From Amoebidium appalachense (lineage: Eukaryota > Protista > Ichthyosporea), in the NCBI GenBank assembly GCA_963693365.1, contig CAVNZM010000007.1, positions 62,001 through 126,000 of the forward strand: 64,000 bases of DNA. The letters are read 5' to 3'. The notes under the pieces were generated by a model. That model was given only the letters and a program-made list of their open reading frames with translations, was not told the DNA's origin and did no database searches. Of the stretch, positions 1-27,677 are shown in pieces (the stretch's first letter is position 1; each line of letters begins with the position of its first letter). The position numbers and the translations under genes are program-made.

Positions 1-541
1 CGAATAGGAATGTGCTAGCATGATTGTGGTGTGTGTGCGAATAGGAATGTGCTAGCAGCCATATCCTGGTTGGGTGTGATTGTGGTGTGTGTGCGAATAG
101 GAATGTGCTAGCAGCCATATCCTGGTTGGGTGTGATTGTGGTGTGTGTGCGAATAGGAATGTGCTAGCAGCCATATCCTGGTTGGGTGTGATTGTGGTGT
201 GTGTGCGAATAGGAATGTGCTAGCAGCCATATCCTGGTTGGGTGTGATTGTGGTGTGTGTGCGAATAGGAATGTGCTAGCAGCCATATCCTGGTTGGGTG
301 TGATTGTGGTGTGTGTGCGAATAGGAATGTGCTAGCAGCCATATCCTGGTTGGGTGTGATTGTGGTGTGTGTGCGAATAGGAATGTGCTAGCAGCCATAT
401 CCTGGTTGGGTGTGATTGTGGTGTGTGTGCGAATAGGAATGTGCTAGCAGCCATATCCTGGTTGGGTGTGATTGTGGTGTGTGTGCGAATAGGAATGTGC
501 TAGCAGCCATATCCTGGTTGGGTGTGATTGTGGTGTGTGTG
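1..541. repeat. 56-bp minisatellite, about 9 near-identical copies, running off the window start
   Basis: Unit GAATAGGAATGTGCTAGCAGCCATATCCTGGTTGGGTGTGATTGTGGTGTGTGTGC recurs with period 56 (e.g. starts at 151 and 207); no spacers. Confidence 0.97.
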
Positions 542-1211
542 CTCAAACCAGAGAGGTTGGCAGCAGCCGAGCAGGGTAACAGGGAAAGGTGTCTCGGGCA
601 GAAGGGGGAAGGGGGAGGGGAGACGGGGGGGCGGCGGGGGGGATATGCTTTCCGAGCTACAGTTACTGTAGATGGCTACTGGATGGAGGTGGTTTGTGGG
701 TCTGTTATGTCTGTGGACTGGCATGCTCTCAGAGGATGATGGTTCGTATGACTATGCGTGTGGGGAGTGGGGACTGCTAACAAGTATGCCTGCAGCCTCC
801 GAGGGACTTTCTGGAAGTTGGCAAGAATAGGTATTTACCCCCCCACCCCCCCCCCCACCCCCCCCCCCCCCCCACCACCACCACACACACACACACACGT
901 AAAGGCACATACACGTGGCCCGCCCGCATGCCCATCCGCCCACCCTTCCCCTACACACCCACGCAATGCACATGCGAGTACGCACACCCATACACATATA
1001 CACACCCACACATGCACACACATGTGCGCGCAGGGGTGTGTGTGGTGGGGGGGGGGGGGGGGGGGGGGGGGGGGTTGTCACCCCATGCTTTCCGTGCTTT
1101 GTCTCCAACCATGTTTTCCCCTTTTTGTGCCCCTTGGCCGTTTGCCTTGCAGTGTATTATGTTGCACCCACCCATGCCCCTGCAATACGCTAACTGCCTG
1201 TGATTGCACAG

Positions 1212-1282
1212 GGGAGCGTCTGAGTCCCTATGTGGCCGTGTGTTGTTTTGTCATGGCCGGCGCTGTGCTCTACCAGAAGTGA
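1212..1282 (+). CDS. Possible terminal exon of a membrane protein (transporter-like last TM helix) whose upstream exons lie outside the window
   Basis: CACAG acceptor ending at 1211 with CTAAC upstream, then (G)ERLSPYVAVCCFVMAGAVLYQK*. The hydrophobic helix is reminiscent of SLC35/EamA C-termini; family not established. Confidence 0.35.
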
Positions 1283-1769
1283 CCCTCGGGCCTGCTTGGT
1301 CTCCTGGCCCGATCCCGGCCCGGTTTCGATCCGATTCGTGTCCCGACCCGATAGATGCAGCCGGCCTTCATGACTTTGAATGGGCTATGGCGACCTCAAA
1401 TGCCGGAGGCCGTCGTCAAAGATACTACTAGTGGTGGGATGGGGGGGGGCGGGGAACGGCCCAGTGAGGGGTGCACGTGATGCTACTGTCTGTAACGATT
1501 TTGTGTTCACTTTTTTTTGTTTTTTTGGTGCTTTGGTTTTGCTTTCTTGGGTGGGTGGATGGGGGGGGGGGGGGGGGGGGGGGGGGGTTACACGTCTACA
1601 CCAGTCCAGAATTGATGTGGCAGGTGTTGGTACTTTAGATAGACGGAAGTAGCCAATGGCATGTAAGTGCAAATAGCCATAAAAGGGATGAATGACGGCG
1701 GCATGGCCCGCACGAAGCATAAACATGACACCAAAACTTGAAATACATTCGAACAGCTGCAAATGTGTC

Positions 1770-2110
1770 TGAATATTCAGGGGAAATCAGCAAGCAGTTG
1801 CATGCATGCCTCCGTATACGGGAATATTCATCAAGCGCATGCGCACTAGTCTGAATATTTGGGAATATTCATGCAGGCGGTAGTATACACTGTATGTGTC
1901 GACGTCTGAGCATGTATTTGGAAATATTCATGCAGACAGTAGCTTATGTGTCCAACTGATTGGGAATATTCGTACATGCAGTAGTACATGTGAATATTAG
2001 GGAATATTCATGCAGGCAGTGGTATGTGTGTGCGAGTATTTGGGAATATTCACGCAAACAGTAATGGTGTGTGCGAGTATTTGGAAGTATATATTCATGA
2101 AAGCAACTGA
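1770..2110. repeat. Degenerate ~40-bp repeat array with palindromic GAATATTC cores
   Basis: Repeated variants of (T)GGGAATATTCATGCAGGCAGT throughout the interval. Confidence 0.75.
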
Positions 2111-2752
2111 GCATATATATTTGAGCATTTGGGCATATGAAGGCAGAGAAGTAGCACATGTGTCTGCTCTAGGAAGATATTGACGCTACCGAAGTGTAAG
2201 GGGTTACTGAAAATGGATCTTTTCGAGGCGGGCCCGTGGCCGTCACTGGTCATGACGTCACCTAGGCTCATCCAGATGCATATGCCGTTGGCCCTCGAGA
2301 AATCCAGGGCCGTGCATATATGCGCACCTGGCACATACTGACAGTGCCTGGGCTGCTATGAACTTGCCGTTCGCCTCACACCACATCTATTTTTCCTTAT
2401 ACTCTCGCGACCGCGTGCATGCTTTCTCTCGCGGCGGCTCTAACGGTCCCGAGAGTCCAGTGTTCGCTGTGTTTGTAAGGAAAAATACGAGTCACCCCAG
2501 TAGGTGACAGTATGCGCACCAAGTCTTCAACAGTCTGTTGTTGTTCGAACGACCTGCAAAGTTTAGATCGCATGCTTTTCCACCTCACTCTGTCACTGCA
2601 TGGCGAATGCTTCTCGTCTCGGTTTGCTTAAATAATTGCGTGGTGCAGGGTTGTGCCTGCAGCAGCGTGTAGGTATGGATGGTTAGTGCTTGCGACGCGT
2701 AACTGCCTGGGTGGGCTGTTCATGTTCACACCGCAGAACACTCGCATTCACG

Positions 2753-3985
2753 ATGGCTGCCGAGCAAGCAGAGCCAGACGGCCAGAAGCGGCCGGCACCA
2801 GCGAAAGGAAATAATGCCAACGAAGGTGACTATGGAAAAGCCATAGTTGTTTTTGTTTTCTTCCAACATCCACCCGCTTTTCGACAATTTATTTTGACCT
2901 GCATGCTCTTGCTGCTTCCTGGAATTCCCGTCTACTTGTTTGGTGCTATGCGACCATACTAGCAGACTCTGCGCTTATATCTCCATTCATGTCCATTTCT
3001 GCTCATCTTTCACTTCTTGCTCCCATCTCCACCGCCACATTTTAGCCCCTCCTCCCCTTCCCAACCCCTTTCAACACACATACGCTCACACACGCGCGCA
3101 TGCGCACACACACAAACACTCCACCGCACCCACCGACCCACCCTCCTCTCCCACTCCGCCCTGGAACAACCTATGACATGAACACCTACAGACTAGGATG
3201 TCTGCTTACGAATTCCTCTTTCTTCCGCCGTTTGCATCGGCATCTTCCTTCTTGCTTCTCTCGGGTTGCACTCATCTATCCTTCTTCTTTGTTGCTGTCA
3301 AAGCTTCTTTGTGTGCACACTCGTTCTGTTCCATCTGCTTGTGCACAATGTTGTGTTCGTCACATTTGCTTGTGCACCTGGAGTTGGAAAAGTGTTCGTC
3401 ACATGTGCTTGTGCACATGGAGTTGTGTCATGTCGCCTCTGCTTGTGTTCTTTCAGGCTGCACTATCACACCACACCGCACATGGGCTATTGGCTTACAA
3501 CCCTCCGCCCCGGCTCAATTCCTGCCGATCCTGTCGGTGAAGTTGTGTGCGAAATACCGGCAGACCTTCTGCGGCCAAAGACTATCTTCCAGCCGGAACT
3601 GCGCCTGACTGGTTACGTGCGACTGGTATGTCCTCTCCCACACTCACAGCACGCCACCAGTTTACGCCAGGACCGTTACACATTGCTTGTGTTAGGTCTG
3701 CAGCAAGTCGCAACACGATGTTCACCCAGGCTGGCTGTGCCCTTTTTTCTTTTGATGTTCTTGCTGATTAGTCCGGGAGAATGTTAGTTGTCGCCCGGTT
3801 GCTTATAAGTTACACACACGTGGCCAGGCGTAAACATGGAATCCCAGCCCCTTGCAGGCACCTGGGTCGGGTCAGGTAGGCAGGCAGAGACAGTGAGGGG
3901 ATAGGTTGTGAGGGTGGTATGGACGGGGTAGCAGGCAGGCAGGGTGGAGGAAGGCAGTTAGAGCCGTTTGGGATCAAAAAAGGAA

Positions 3986-4021
<36 letters not shown>

Positions 4022-4173
4022 GGTAGAGACAAAGAGGCAGCTAGGAAGGGGATATGTCTCAGCAAGCAATCAGACTTGAATAGGGACAGGCAGGCAGGCA
4101 CACGATAGGTAGATTGAAACAGAGCGTGGGCGCGCACACGTGACTGACAAGCATGTATGTGTGCATGGGGAGC

Positions 4174-4212
<39 letters not shown>

Positions 4213-4264
4213 ACACACATACACACGAGTACACACGTGTACACACACACGAGCAAACACGTGT

Positions 4265-4295
<31 letters not shown>

Positions 4296-4785
4296 CACGG
4301 ACGCACACACATGCACACACATTCGCACACACACCCACATACATGCACACATAATCACATACACACATACACACACACACACCATCATGCACCCACACCA
4401 ACCATACACCACACGCCACAGCTGTACAACCCGAGGGCGAAAGAAAACTTCTTCGAATTCTGCGACGAAAACAAGAAATGCCTTGTCCGCCACACTTTTT
4501 CTCCGCTGCCTCCCAACACGCAATGTTTCAACATTGAAGGACTAACGTACAGCTGGAAGATCCAAGACACAACTGTCATGAAAGACGTTATGTCTCCGCA
4601 CATCACGCTGAAAGCAGAGGGGCCCTATGCGTGGGAGGCTGAAAATTTCCAGGCGATATTCAAACTGGCGCGAAGGAATATGTACACGGTGGAGAGGGCT
4701 CGGGAGGTACGTGTGGGTTTTTTCTGGTTGACATTGCACTGGGTGGTTGGTGATAGGAAAGTGGGGGGAGGGAGAAAGAGAGGGG

Positions 4786-4822
<37 letters not shown>

Positions 4823-4856
4823 GGTGTTGGTGTTGGTGTTGGGTGTTTTTTTTTTT

Positions 4857-4887
<31 letters not shown>

Positions 4888-6682
4888 GGGGATGCGTGAG
4901 ATTGACGGTGAATTGGGGAGGTGGGAGAACGTGGATGGATGATAGTGTAGGGGATGGTTCATGCTTGGAGAAAAAAATAGCAAGAAAAGGGGGAGGGGCG
5001 GGGGGGGGGGGGGGGGGGGGGTGTAGGGGGAGGCGGGGGAGCGGGAGTGTGGGGTCGTGTGGTCATAAGGGTGTGGTGTGGGCTTATTGGGTGTGCTGTA
5101 TATGCATATGGAGAGAAATATACACAAACATGCCTGCACACACAGATGCACACACACACACACACGCACACACACACACACACACACACACCACCCTCCC
5201 TCGTCCCCCCCCCCCCCCCCCCCCCCCCCCTGCCCCTCCTTCACCGCACACACACGGTGCCTCGTCTCTCCTCATCTATATCCCATCCTCACTCTGTCTC
5301 CCCCTCTCCATCACAGCTCCGTGACCAGAACACGTTGCCGGTTAGGGGCAAGAGTGCAAGCAAGGATTCGAAGACAAGAGAGAGCAGAGGCCGCGACATG
5401 CCACCTATATCTACAAGCCGACAACCACCACCACAAACACAACAACAGCAACGACCAACCACCCACACCCCAAGTCAGCTGGCGGCTGCGAGCAAAGCAA
5501 GCCACCTGACAACGTACAAGCCTGAAAAGGAAGCGGAAAAGGACGGTCTGCAGCCTGCTCTACCCCGAAATCCCCAATCCCCTCCGGTCACTTCTGCTGA
5601 AATCTCGACATTTACACGGGAAGAAAGGGCTCAGGGCACGGCGGCTGTGACACAGTCGAATGTTTCGTGGCCTGGTTTTGAGGTGAAGTCTCATGGGGTA
5701 GTGGGTGACATGCACGCAAAAACAGTGGCACAGGGGGGTGGGGTTACGGGGACGGATTTCAATGTAGGCATCAGGTCAACAAATGTGTCTTCTTCGTCCA
5801 GTTTCCGAGTTGTGTCGGACAGTAAACGCCGTTCGCCCGATTCGGAAAATGCCAAGAACTCGTTTACTATCAGAAGCAAACCCTATTTCTTGGTCCCTAC
5901 AAGAGCAGGCGAAGTTTCAAACCCTGAGGCAGGGCGTGAACTTTGGACGAATAAAAGCAAAGTCCCGCATGTGATTCCAAAGGAAAAGACAGCACCATCT
6001 GTCACGCGAACCGAACCCAACCCGTATTTTGTTTCGGAAAATCATAATGCCGCACCGGTAGATTCCAGGAATTCAACCTACAAGCCACTCACTCAATATC
6101 AGACTCCCTTCTATCTCACTGAAAACACAAACATGAGCACAAACCGACCGGGCACTCTGCAGAACAAACATGGAGCCGCAAGCGAAATTACGGGGTGGTT
6201 TTACGACAAAACCGGCTATGCGCCAGGCAGCGAAACGATAAAGACGGAAAACGGCGGAAACACGGTTATTATGCAAGCGTACACACATGATGGGTCTGTG
6301 GTGGCAGTTGGTGGAATGAATGCACCCGTTGATTGGTCAAGTCAGGCCTACACGCAACAGCATCAGCAGGTGGGGTGTTGTTCGTGTGTGAAGGCATGCC
6401 GGAGCATTTTCTTTTTTTTTTTTTTTTCTTTTGGAGGGGGGGGGGGGGGGGGGGGGGGGGGGAGGGGGAGGACAGGTGCTGGCACACACTGTTAAAAAAA
6501 AAGGGGGGGGGGGGGGGGGGGGGGGGGGGTCGATGTATGCTGTGTGATTCTATGTGTGGGTGCGGGTTTGTGTGTGTGTGTGTCTAGCTCTTTTCTACTT
6601 TCCTACATTTGAATTGGTGAAAAAAAATATTCGGGTATGCACTCCTCCCCCCACACAAATACTCATATCCACACCTACACTA

Positions 6683-6720
<38 letters not shown>

Positions 6721-7610
6721 CCTGCATGCTCACACAACACATGCTTGTGCGCAAGTGCTAATCACATGATACTCAATCTGGTACCACGTGCATACACAAA
6801 AATCACCAAAGCACCCCTTCCCCCCCGTGCCTCCCCCCGCCTCTCCCCCCCCCCCCCCCCACCCACCCACCCACCCACCACCACCACGACCACTAACACC
6901 ACCACCATCACCACTCTCACCCCAACAAACACCACCTCCATCTCCAAAACCTCCATCTTCCGAAAGCATGCAACCCTCCTCCCCCTTCCCCCCCCCCCCC
7001 CTTCCCCCCCCCCCCCCCCTCCCCCCCCCCCCCACCCACCCACCTACCCTTCCCCCCCCCTCTCTCTCTCCCCCCTAACCCCGCCCACGTACACCTCCCC
7101 TCCTTTGGCCACCCACACACACCATGCCCCGCCCACCCAACAGGGACCAGTCTTCCACCAACCCACGGCACCCACACCTCCACCAGACTATCTCAACGAC
7201 AATCCCTCGGCGAAAATTCCTCTGATAACATTTTTCGATTTCTCCCTGGGTGCCCGCATGTGGGTTGTGAGCGGTGCAGAGAGGGAGACGGTCAGGAAAG
7301 CATTGGGCCACCTTGCGCAGATGAAGATTTGTGTTGCCAAACAACTGAACATTAAAGACACTGGTGTATGGACCCTGCGGGAGATTGAGGCGTACAAGGG
7401 GCTGCGTGAGGAGTACATTGATGAGTGTGAAGGGTTTTTAAATGCTCTTAATCTCTTGCCCATGGTGAGTTAGTCCCCTATCCCCCCCCCTTCCCCCCCC
7501 CTCCTCCCCTTCCCTTCTCGTTCTCGCTCTCGCTCTCAATCTCTCACACTGCTCCTTTCCTGTGTTTGTGGTCGTTGCATATTTGGCTTGGACCTACACA
7601 CACGCGCGCG

Positions 7611-7649
<39 letters not shown>

Positions 7650-7662
7650 ACACGTACACATG

Positions 7663-7753
<91 letters not shown>

Positions 7754-7916
7754 CACCCTTTTACATGTACCTCTGCCCTCGTCATGCTCTTACATGATTT
7801 CACAGTCCCATACTAACATTATTACCTTTCATCTCAAACAGAATGGCAGCTACGAGCAGATATTGGCGGAGGCCGGTAAGCACGGCGGTGTGGGGATGGA
7901 GAAATTGCTTTCATAA
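2753..7916 (+). CDS. Multi-exon uncharacterised protein: divergent RanBD/PH-like N-terminal domain, long S/T/P/Q-rich linker, helical C-terminal region
   Basis: Exons 2753-2824, ~3457(or ~3512)-3625, 4422-4706, 5317-6369, 7144-7464, 7842-7916. From 3625 onward the GT-AG joins are all phase 0. The exon 1/exon 2 phase does not match using the 3456 acceptor, so the 5' structure is uncertain. Domain call by eye. Confidence 0.7.
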
Positions 7917-8955
7917 TCCGGTAAATTTGCGATAGCCGGGCACCACATATTGACGTTATAAAGTTTTCCATGAAGGATTTCTGGGCAGTTGACGCACAGA
8001 TGGCAGGCATATTTTTCTGTGTAAGTTGCCGACCACGCAAACCTATAGGTCTATACGGTTACTAGCACCGTTTGTTATTATCCCTTTTAAATATTTTTTT
8101 TTAATGTTTTTCAGTGCCGGTGACTAAAAATGAGCGAAAGTTTTTGGTTAGAGGAGCCCAGAATACCGTCATGAATCGGGTTTTTGAGGTGACCTTAAAT
8201 TTAATGTGAACTATTTTGCTGATACGAATGGCATTTTTATAGTCAAGACGGACATAGTTGTTCATTTATTGGATTGTCGGCCCTTAATTGCACAGGATTA
8301 GAAATGGACGCGGTGTATGGTCCAGGAGCTTTTTGCGCCTGGGTGACATGAGGCATGTAAGTACGGAGGAAATACACGTCCTGGTGTGTATTGTGAATGT
8401 AGACATTTTAAGGGCGCTGGTGGTAGTGTACAGAACACAAAAAACGACGAAAAGAACACATCTATTCAATAGGAAACGATACAAAGAGGAAGAGACCAGT
8501 CTCGGATGTGTATCCTTCCGAAATAAAGGATAAGCTGGTGAGTGACCACATGGCCGGTCAAACCAATAACCGCAGAATGCCTGAATGCATGTGGGGCGTT
8601 TTTGAACACCATCGAGAGATCGATTGCAAACGGATCCATCTTCATGTTTTCCTTGTGGGAAGGGGGCAATTTGCTGGTGCACAAGGGGCCCAGGGAGGGG
8701 GGGGGGGGGGGGGGGGGGGGAGGGGGGGGATGAGGGAACATTCGTGGAATTCTTCTGGGTGTCCCCCATTTGTTTCATTGAAGCATGCATGTGATGGATT
8801 GTGGATCTCGCCGTGCCATTTACATACCCCAAGACCATTGAGTCGAACTGACTTACTGCAGTGAGGTCTACATATGTCGTCTTGATTCCATGATATATGC
8901 CCTCCCCTCCCCCTTCCCGGCTTTTTTACAATCGGATTTCTGTAATTGGTGTTGG

Positions 8956-9029
<74 letters not shown>

Positions 9030-9054
9030 CTCTCCCTCTCTAGCGCTCTCTCTC

Positions 9055-9055
<1 letters not shown>
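8956..9055. repeat. (CT)n microsatellite followed by poly-C
   Basis: Directly visible. Confidence 0.95.
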
Positions 9056-9088
<33 letters not shown>

Positions 9089-9664
9089 ACTCCCTCCCTC
9101 CCTTTTAGCCGCCCCCCTCCCCCCCCCCACCCCACCCCCGAATTCTCCCCTCCCTCCCCTCCCCCTGCATCGCCTTTACCCCACCCCCTTAGGTTTCCAA
9201 ATTGTTTTTCCCGGCATTGAATTCCTGTAACTGATGTTGCTCGCTTTCTCTCTCTCCCCTTCCCCTCTCCCCCCACCCCCCTCCCCCCTCTCTCTCTGCT
9301 TTCCTTACCTTAAGGGCCCTTAACATCTTAGTACGTTTGCAGATGGATGTGGCCTGATGTGGTCTCTGTATGTATGGTGCTATCATCTGGTTGGTTGGTT
9401 ATCATGCGGCAGTGTGTGCACGTGAGAGCCGAGTCCACTACAGTAACTTATGGGACCTGCAGGCTGGGCATATAATATCATGTGCCCACAGTTGGCCTTA
9501 CAGGATCTTGCTGCTCTTTAGGGCCCAGAAGATCTAGAGGCCGGGGGGGGGGGAGGGGGGCCGGGGGGAAGGGGGATGCCTAAGCCTATATTCATAATGT
9601 AGTAATGCGTAACGGATACTGTGGGCCACAAATGGTGAAGGGGATTGCTCCTTAGAAACGGAAG

Positions 9665-9716
<52 letters not shown>

Positions 9717-9845
9717 GTTGAACACAACAATCAGACTGAGAGGAGCAGCCTTGAGATCCCAAATGATAACTGCAGGTACACAACAAGTTCCGGCAGGATC
9801 CAACAACTAGATACTACGGAACTAATATATGGGTTTAAGCCCCCG

Positions 9846-9881
<36 letters not shown>

Positions 9882-10469
9882 CTCCCCCCGTCCCCCTCCT
9901 CAAAAAAAAAAAAAAAAAAAAAGAAAAAAAAATAGTTTTAGCTGGCCCTGACTCAACTGTAGGCACATTATCTGTCAGGCACCACAGGATCCAATATATG
10001 CGCTGCTGGCCAATCAGGGGGCACCGTAGTGCATGCAGTGGGGGTAGATGGTGCCATATTTAGTAACGGGCATGCACACTCAGCTGCAAAGCCCCCCCCC
10101 CCCCCCCCCCCCCCCTCCCCCCCTCCCCCCCGGGGTTTGGTTGTAGGCTGGGGGAGGGGAGGAGTGTTTGGGTTGAGATAACAAATCCGTTTTCATAGCG
10201 CGGGAACCTAAAATGAGTCCTGCCAACGTTTACAGGAACATTAATTTCTTAGTGGTTTTGATTTCAGAAGTTCCAGCCCTCTGGATCCCCCGGCCACCAT
10301 GGGCCATCGGCCCCGCTGGGGGCGTGCGAGAGATCAGCAGAATCAGAGATATGAAGTATGCATTTAAATTTTGGACCTTTCTTTCAAAGGCTATGCATAT
10401 GATCGATGATGTGGCAAAAATAACAACAATGGTCAAGGAAGAAGAGGAAGGAGAATGGGCGGGAGTGGG

Positions 10470-10505
<36 letters not shown>

Positions 10506-10719
10506 GGGGGAGGGGGGGGGGGGGGGGGGGGGGGGGGGAGGGGCGGTGGGCCGGGGAGGGGAGGGGAGGGGGGAGAGGGGGGGGAGGGGGGGGGGGGGGG
10601 GGGGGGGGAGGGGGGAAACGGGGGGAACAAGGCGTTGTGACTTCTGGCTGGGGATGCAAAATTTGAAGAAAGCATATATTGGTACTCGATATTCTCTTTC
10701 TGGTTCGAACGAAAGACTG

Positions 10720-10750
<31 letters not shown>

Positions 10751-10887
10751 TTTCGTGTCCGGTATATGTCGTGCCGACATGGTATCGACACTGGGAATAA
10801 ATCACAGATGGAAGCTAGGGCAGGTGGTGTGCTGTGGGTGGGTGGGGGGAAGGCCAACCACATCGGCAGAGTACCGTAGTCAACTTG

Positions 10888-11040
10888 CAAAAGCAGATTC
10901 TTTCAGCAAAAAGCAGAATTATTCAGTAACAAGCAGAATTATTCTGCAATTTCGGAAATATTCTGCAAACAGCAGAATCATTCTGCTAAAATATTCTGCA
11001 GTCAACGGAATAGTTCTGCTTCTATAGAATAATCCTGCTC
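10888..11040. repeat. Cluster of palindromic GCAGAAT(T/C)ATTCTGC-like units
   Basis: AGCAGAATTATTCAG, AGCAGAATTATTCTGC, GGAAATATTCTGC, AGCAGAATCATTCTGCT, AAATATTCTGC and GGAATAGTTCTGC in series. Confidence 0.7.
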
Positions 11041-12322
11041 GGAGCAATTTGACAAGCCTATGTCTTGGGCCCTGGCTGAGTTTTTTTTTTTTTTTTTTTT
11101 TTTTTGGGTGGTGGTGGTGGTGGTGGTGGTGGTGGTGGTGGGGGGGGGGGGAGGATCAGCGAAAGGAGGCCCTTTAGGTAAGATTTTTAGAGTTTTGGCT
11201 GACACTGTGCACGTGCCCCCCCCCCCCCCCCCCCCCCCACCCTCCCCTCTCCTTTCCCCCTCGGGATCCCTCCCTCGCTTTTTTCGAGCTCCCATCCCAC
11301 TCAGCCCAAAAGGGACGGGGCGGAGGGGAGGAGAGGAGAAGGGGGGCAGAGGGGGGGGGGGGGGGGGGGGAGGGGGAGGGGAGGAAGGTGGGGGCCGGGG
11401 GGAATGCCATACATATATGGAATGGGGCCGTGGGCCAGTAATTGTGTGGCCACGCCGTGTGTGCCCGGGAGGGGAGAGGGAGGGAGGGGGTAGCACGTGG
11501 CCAGGGGGATGCTAGTTGTTGGCTAGCCACATGATATATGGTGGCTCTTCCCCATATTTTCTGCGGGTTTATTATGCAAAGCTTTGAAAGGCCCAACGTC
11601 ATGCGACCATCGTGACGACAGTGCACCGGCCAGGGCCATGTGAACTACTGCTACATTTTGTCCCGATTATCTGGTAGCTTCGCCGACGAAATATGAATCA
11701 ATAGGCCTGAACAGCTCCGCACCACGCATACTATGATGCCCCCCCCCCCCCAACCCCACCCCATCCCCCCGGGGCCCCAAAGCCCCACCCCAGCCCACCC
11801 GGGTCACCCCCTCCACTTCCTCCCTCCCCCCCCCCCCCCCCCCCCCCCCCCCCCACACCCACACACCCAAACGCACATACACTTAAACGCACACATTTAC
11901 ATATACACACGTGTATACGCGTGGGCCTATACACCCTCTTGCTTCCCCTGCGCTCCGGCCTTGATTTCGACGGTTTCCCTGGCCATGGGGCTCCCGCTGC
12001 AGCGGTATGCGTCGCACTTATTCAACGCTTGCTTACATTGGACGATGTAATCGAATGGAAATGTCAATAAAGCAGAATAATGTGTGTTTTCATTCGCTCT
12101 TAAATCACACATATTCCAGATACACCAATCATATGCTTGGAGACCATCAAGCGACATGATAGGCCCAAAAAAGTCCAGAAGCCTCAAGTGCCACACAGAC
12201 AGCACACAACTGAGTTTTTTTGGGAGAGAGAGCTAGCTAGTGGGGAGGAAAAACGGTGTGTTTAGGCTTATTTTCGGGGTAGGCTACGTAGTTTTAGCCG
12301 CAGCCGGCAGGCACACAGCACC

Positions 12323-27591
<15,269 letters not shown>

Positions 27592-27646
27592 AGGGGAGAG
27601 TTTTTGGGGGGGGGGGGGGGGGATAGGTGGTGTTTTTTTTTTGTTT

Positions 27647-27677
<31 letters not shown>

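Noticed and set aside
2095-2588. Minus-strand gene divergent from the orphan gene
   Set aside because: Exon-like pieces do not join into a convincing ORF and I recognise no homology.
8284-12205. Short ORFs in the intergenic region before COPB1
   Set aside because: No recognisable domains or consistent splice chain; most are extended by poly-G/poly-C.
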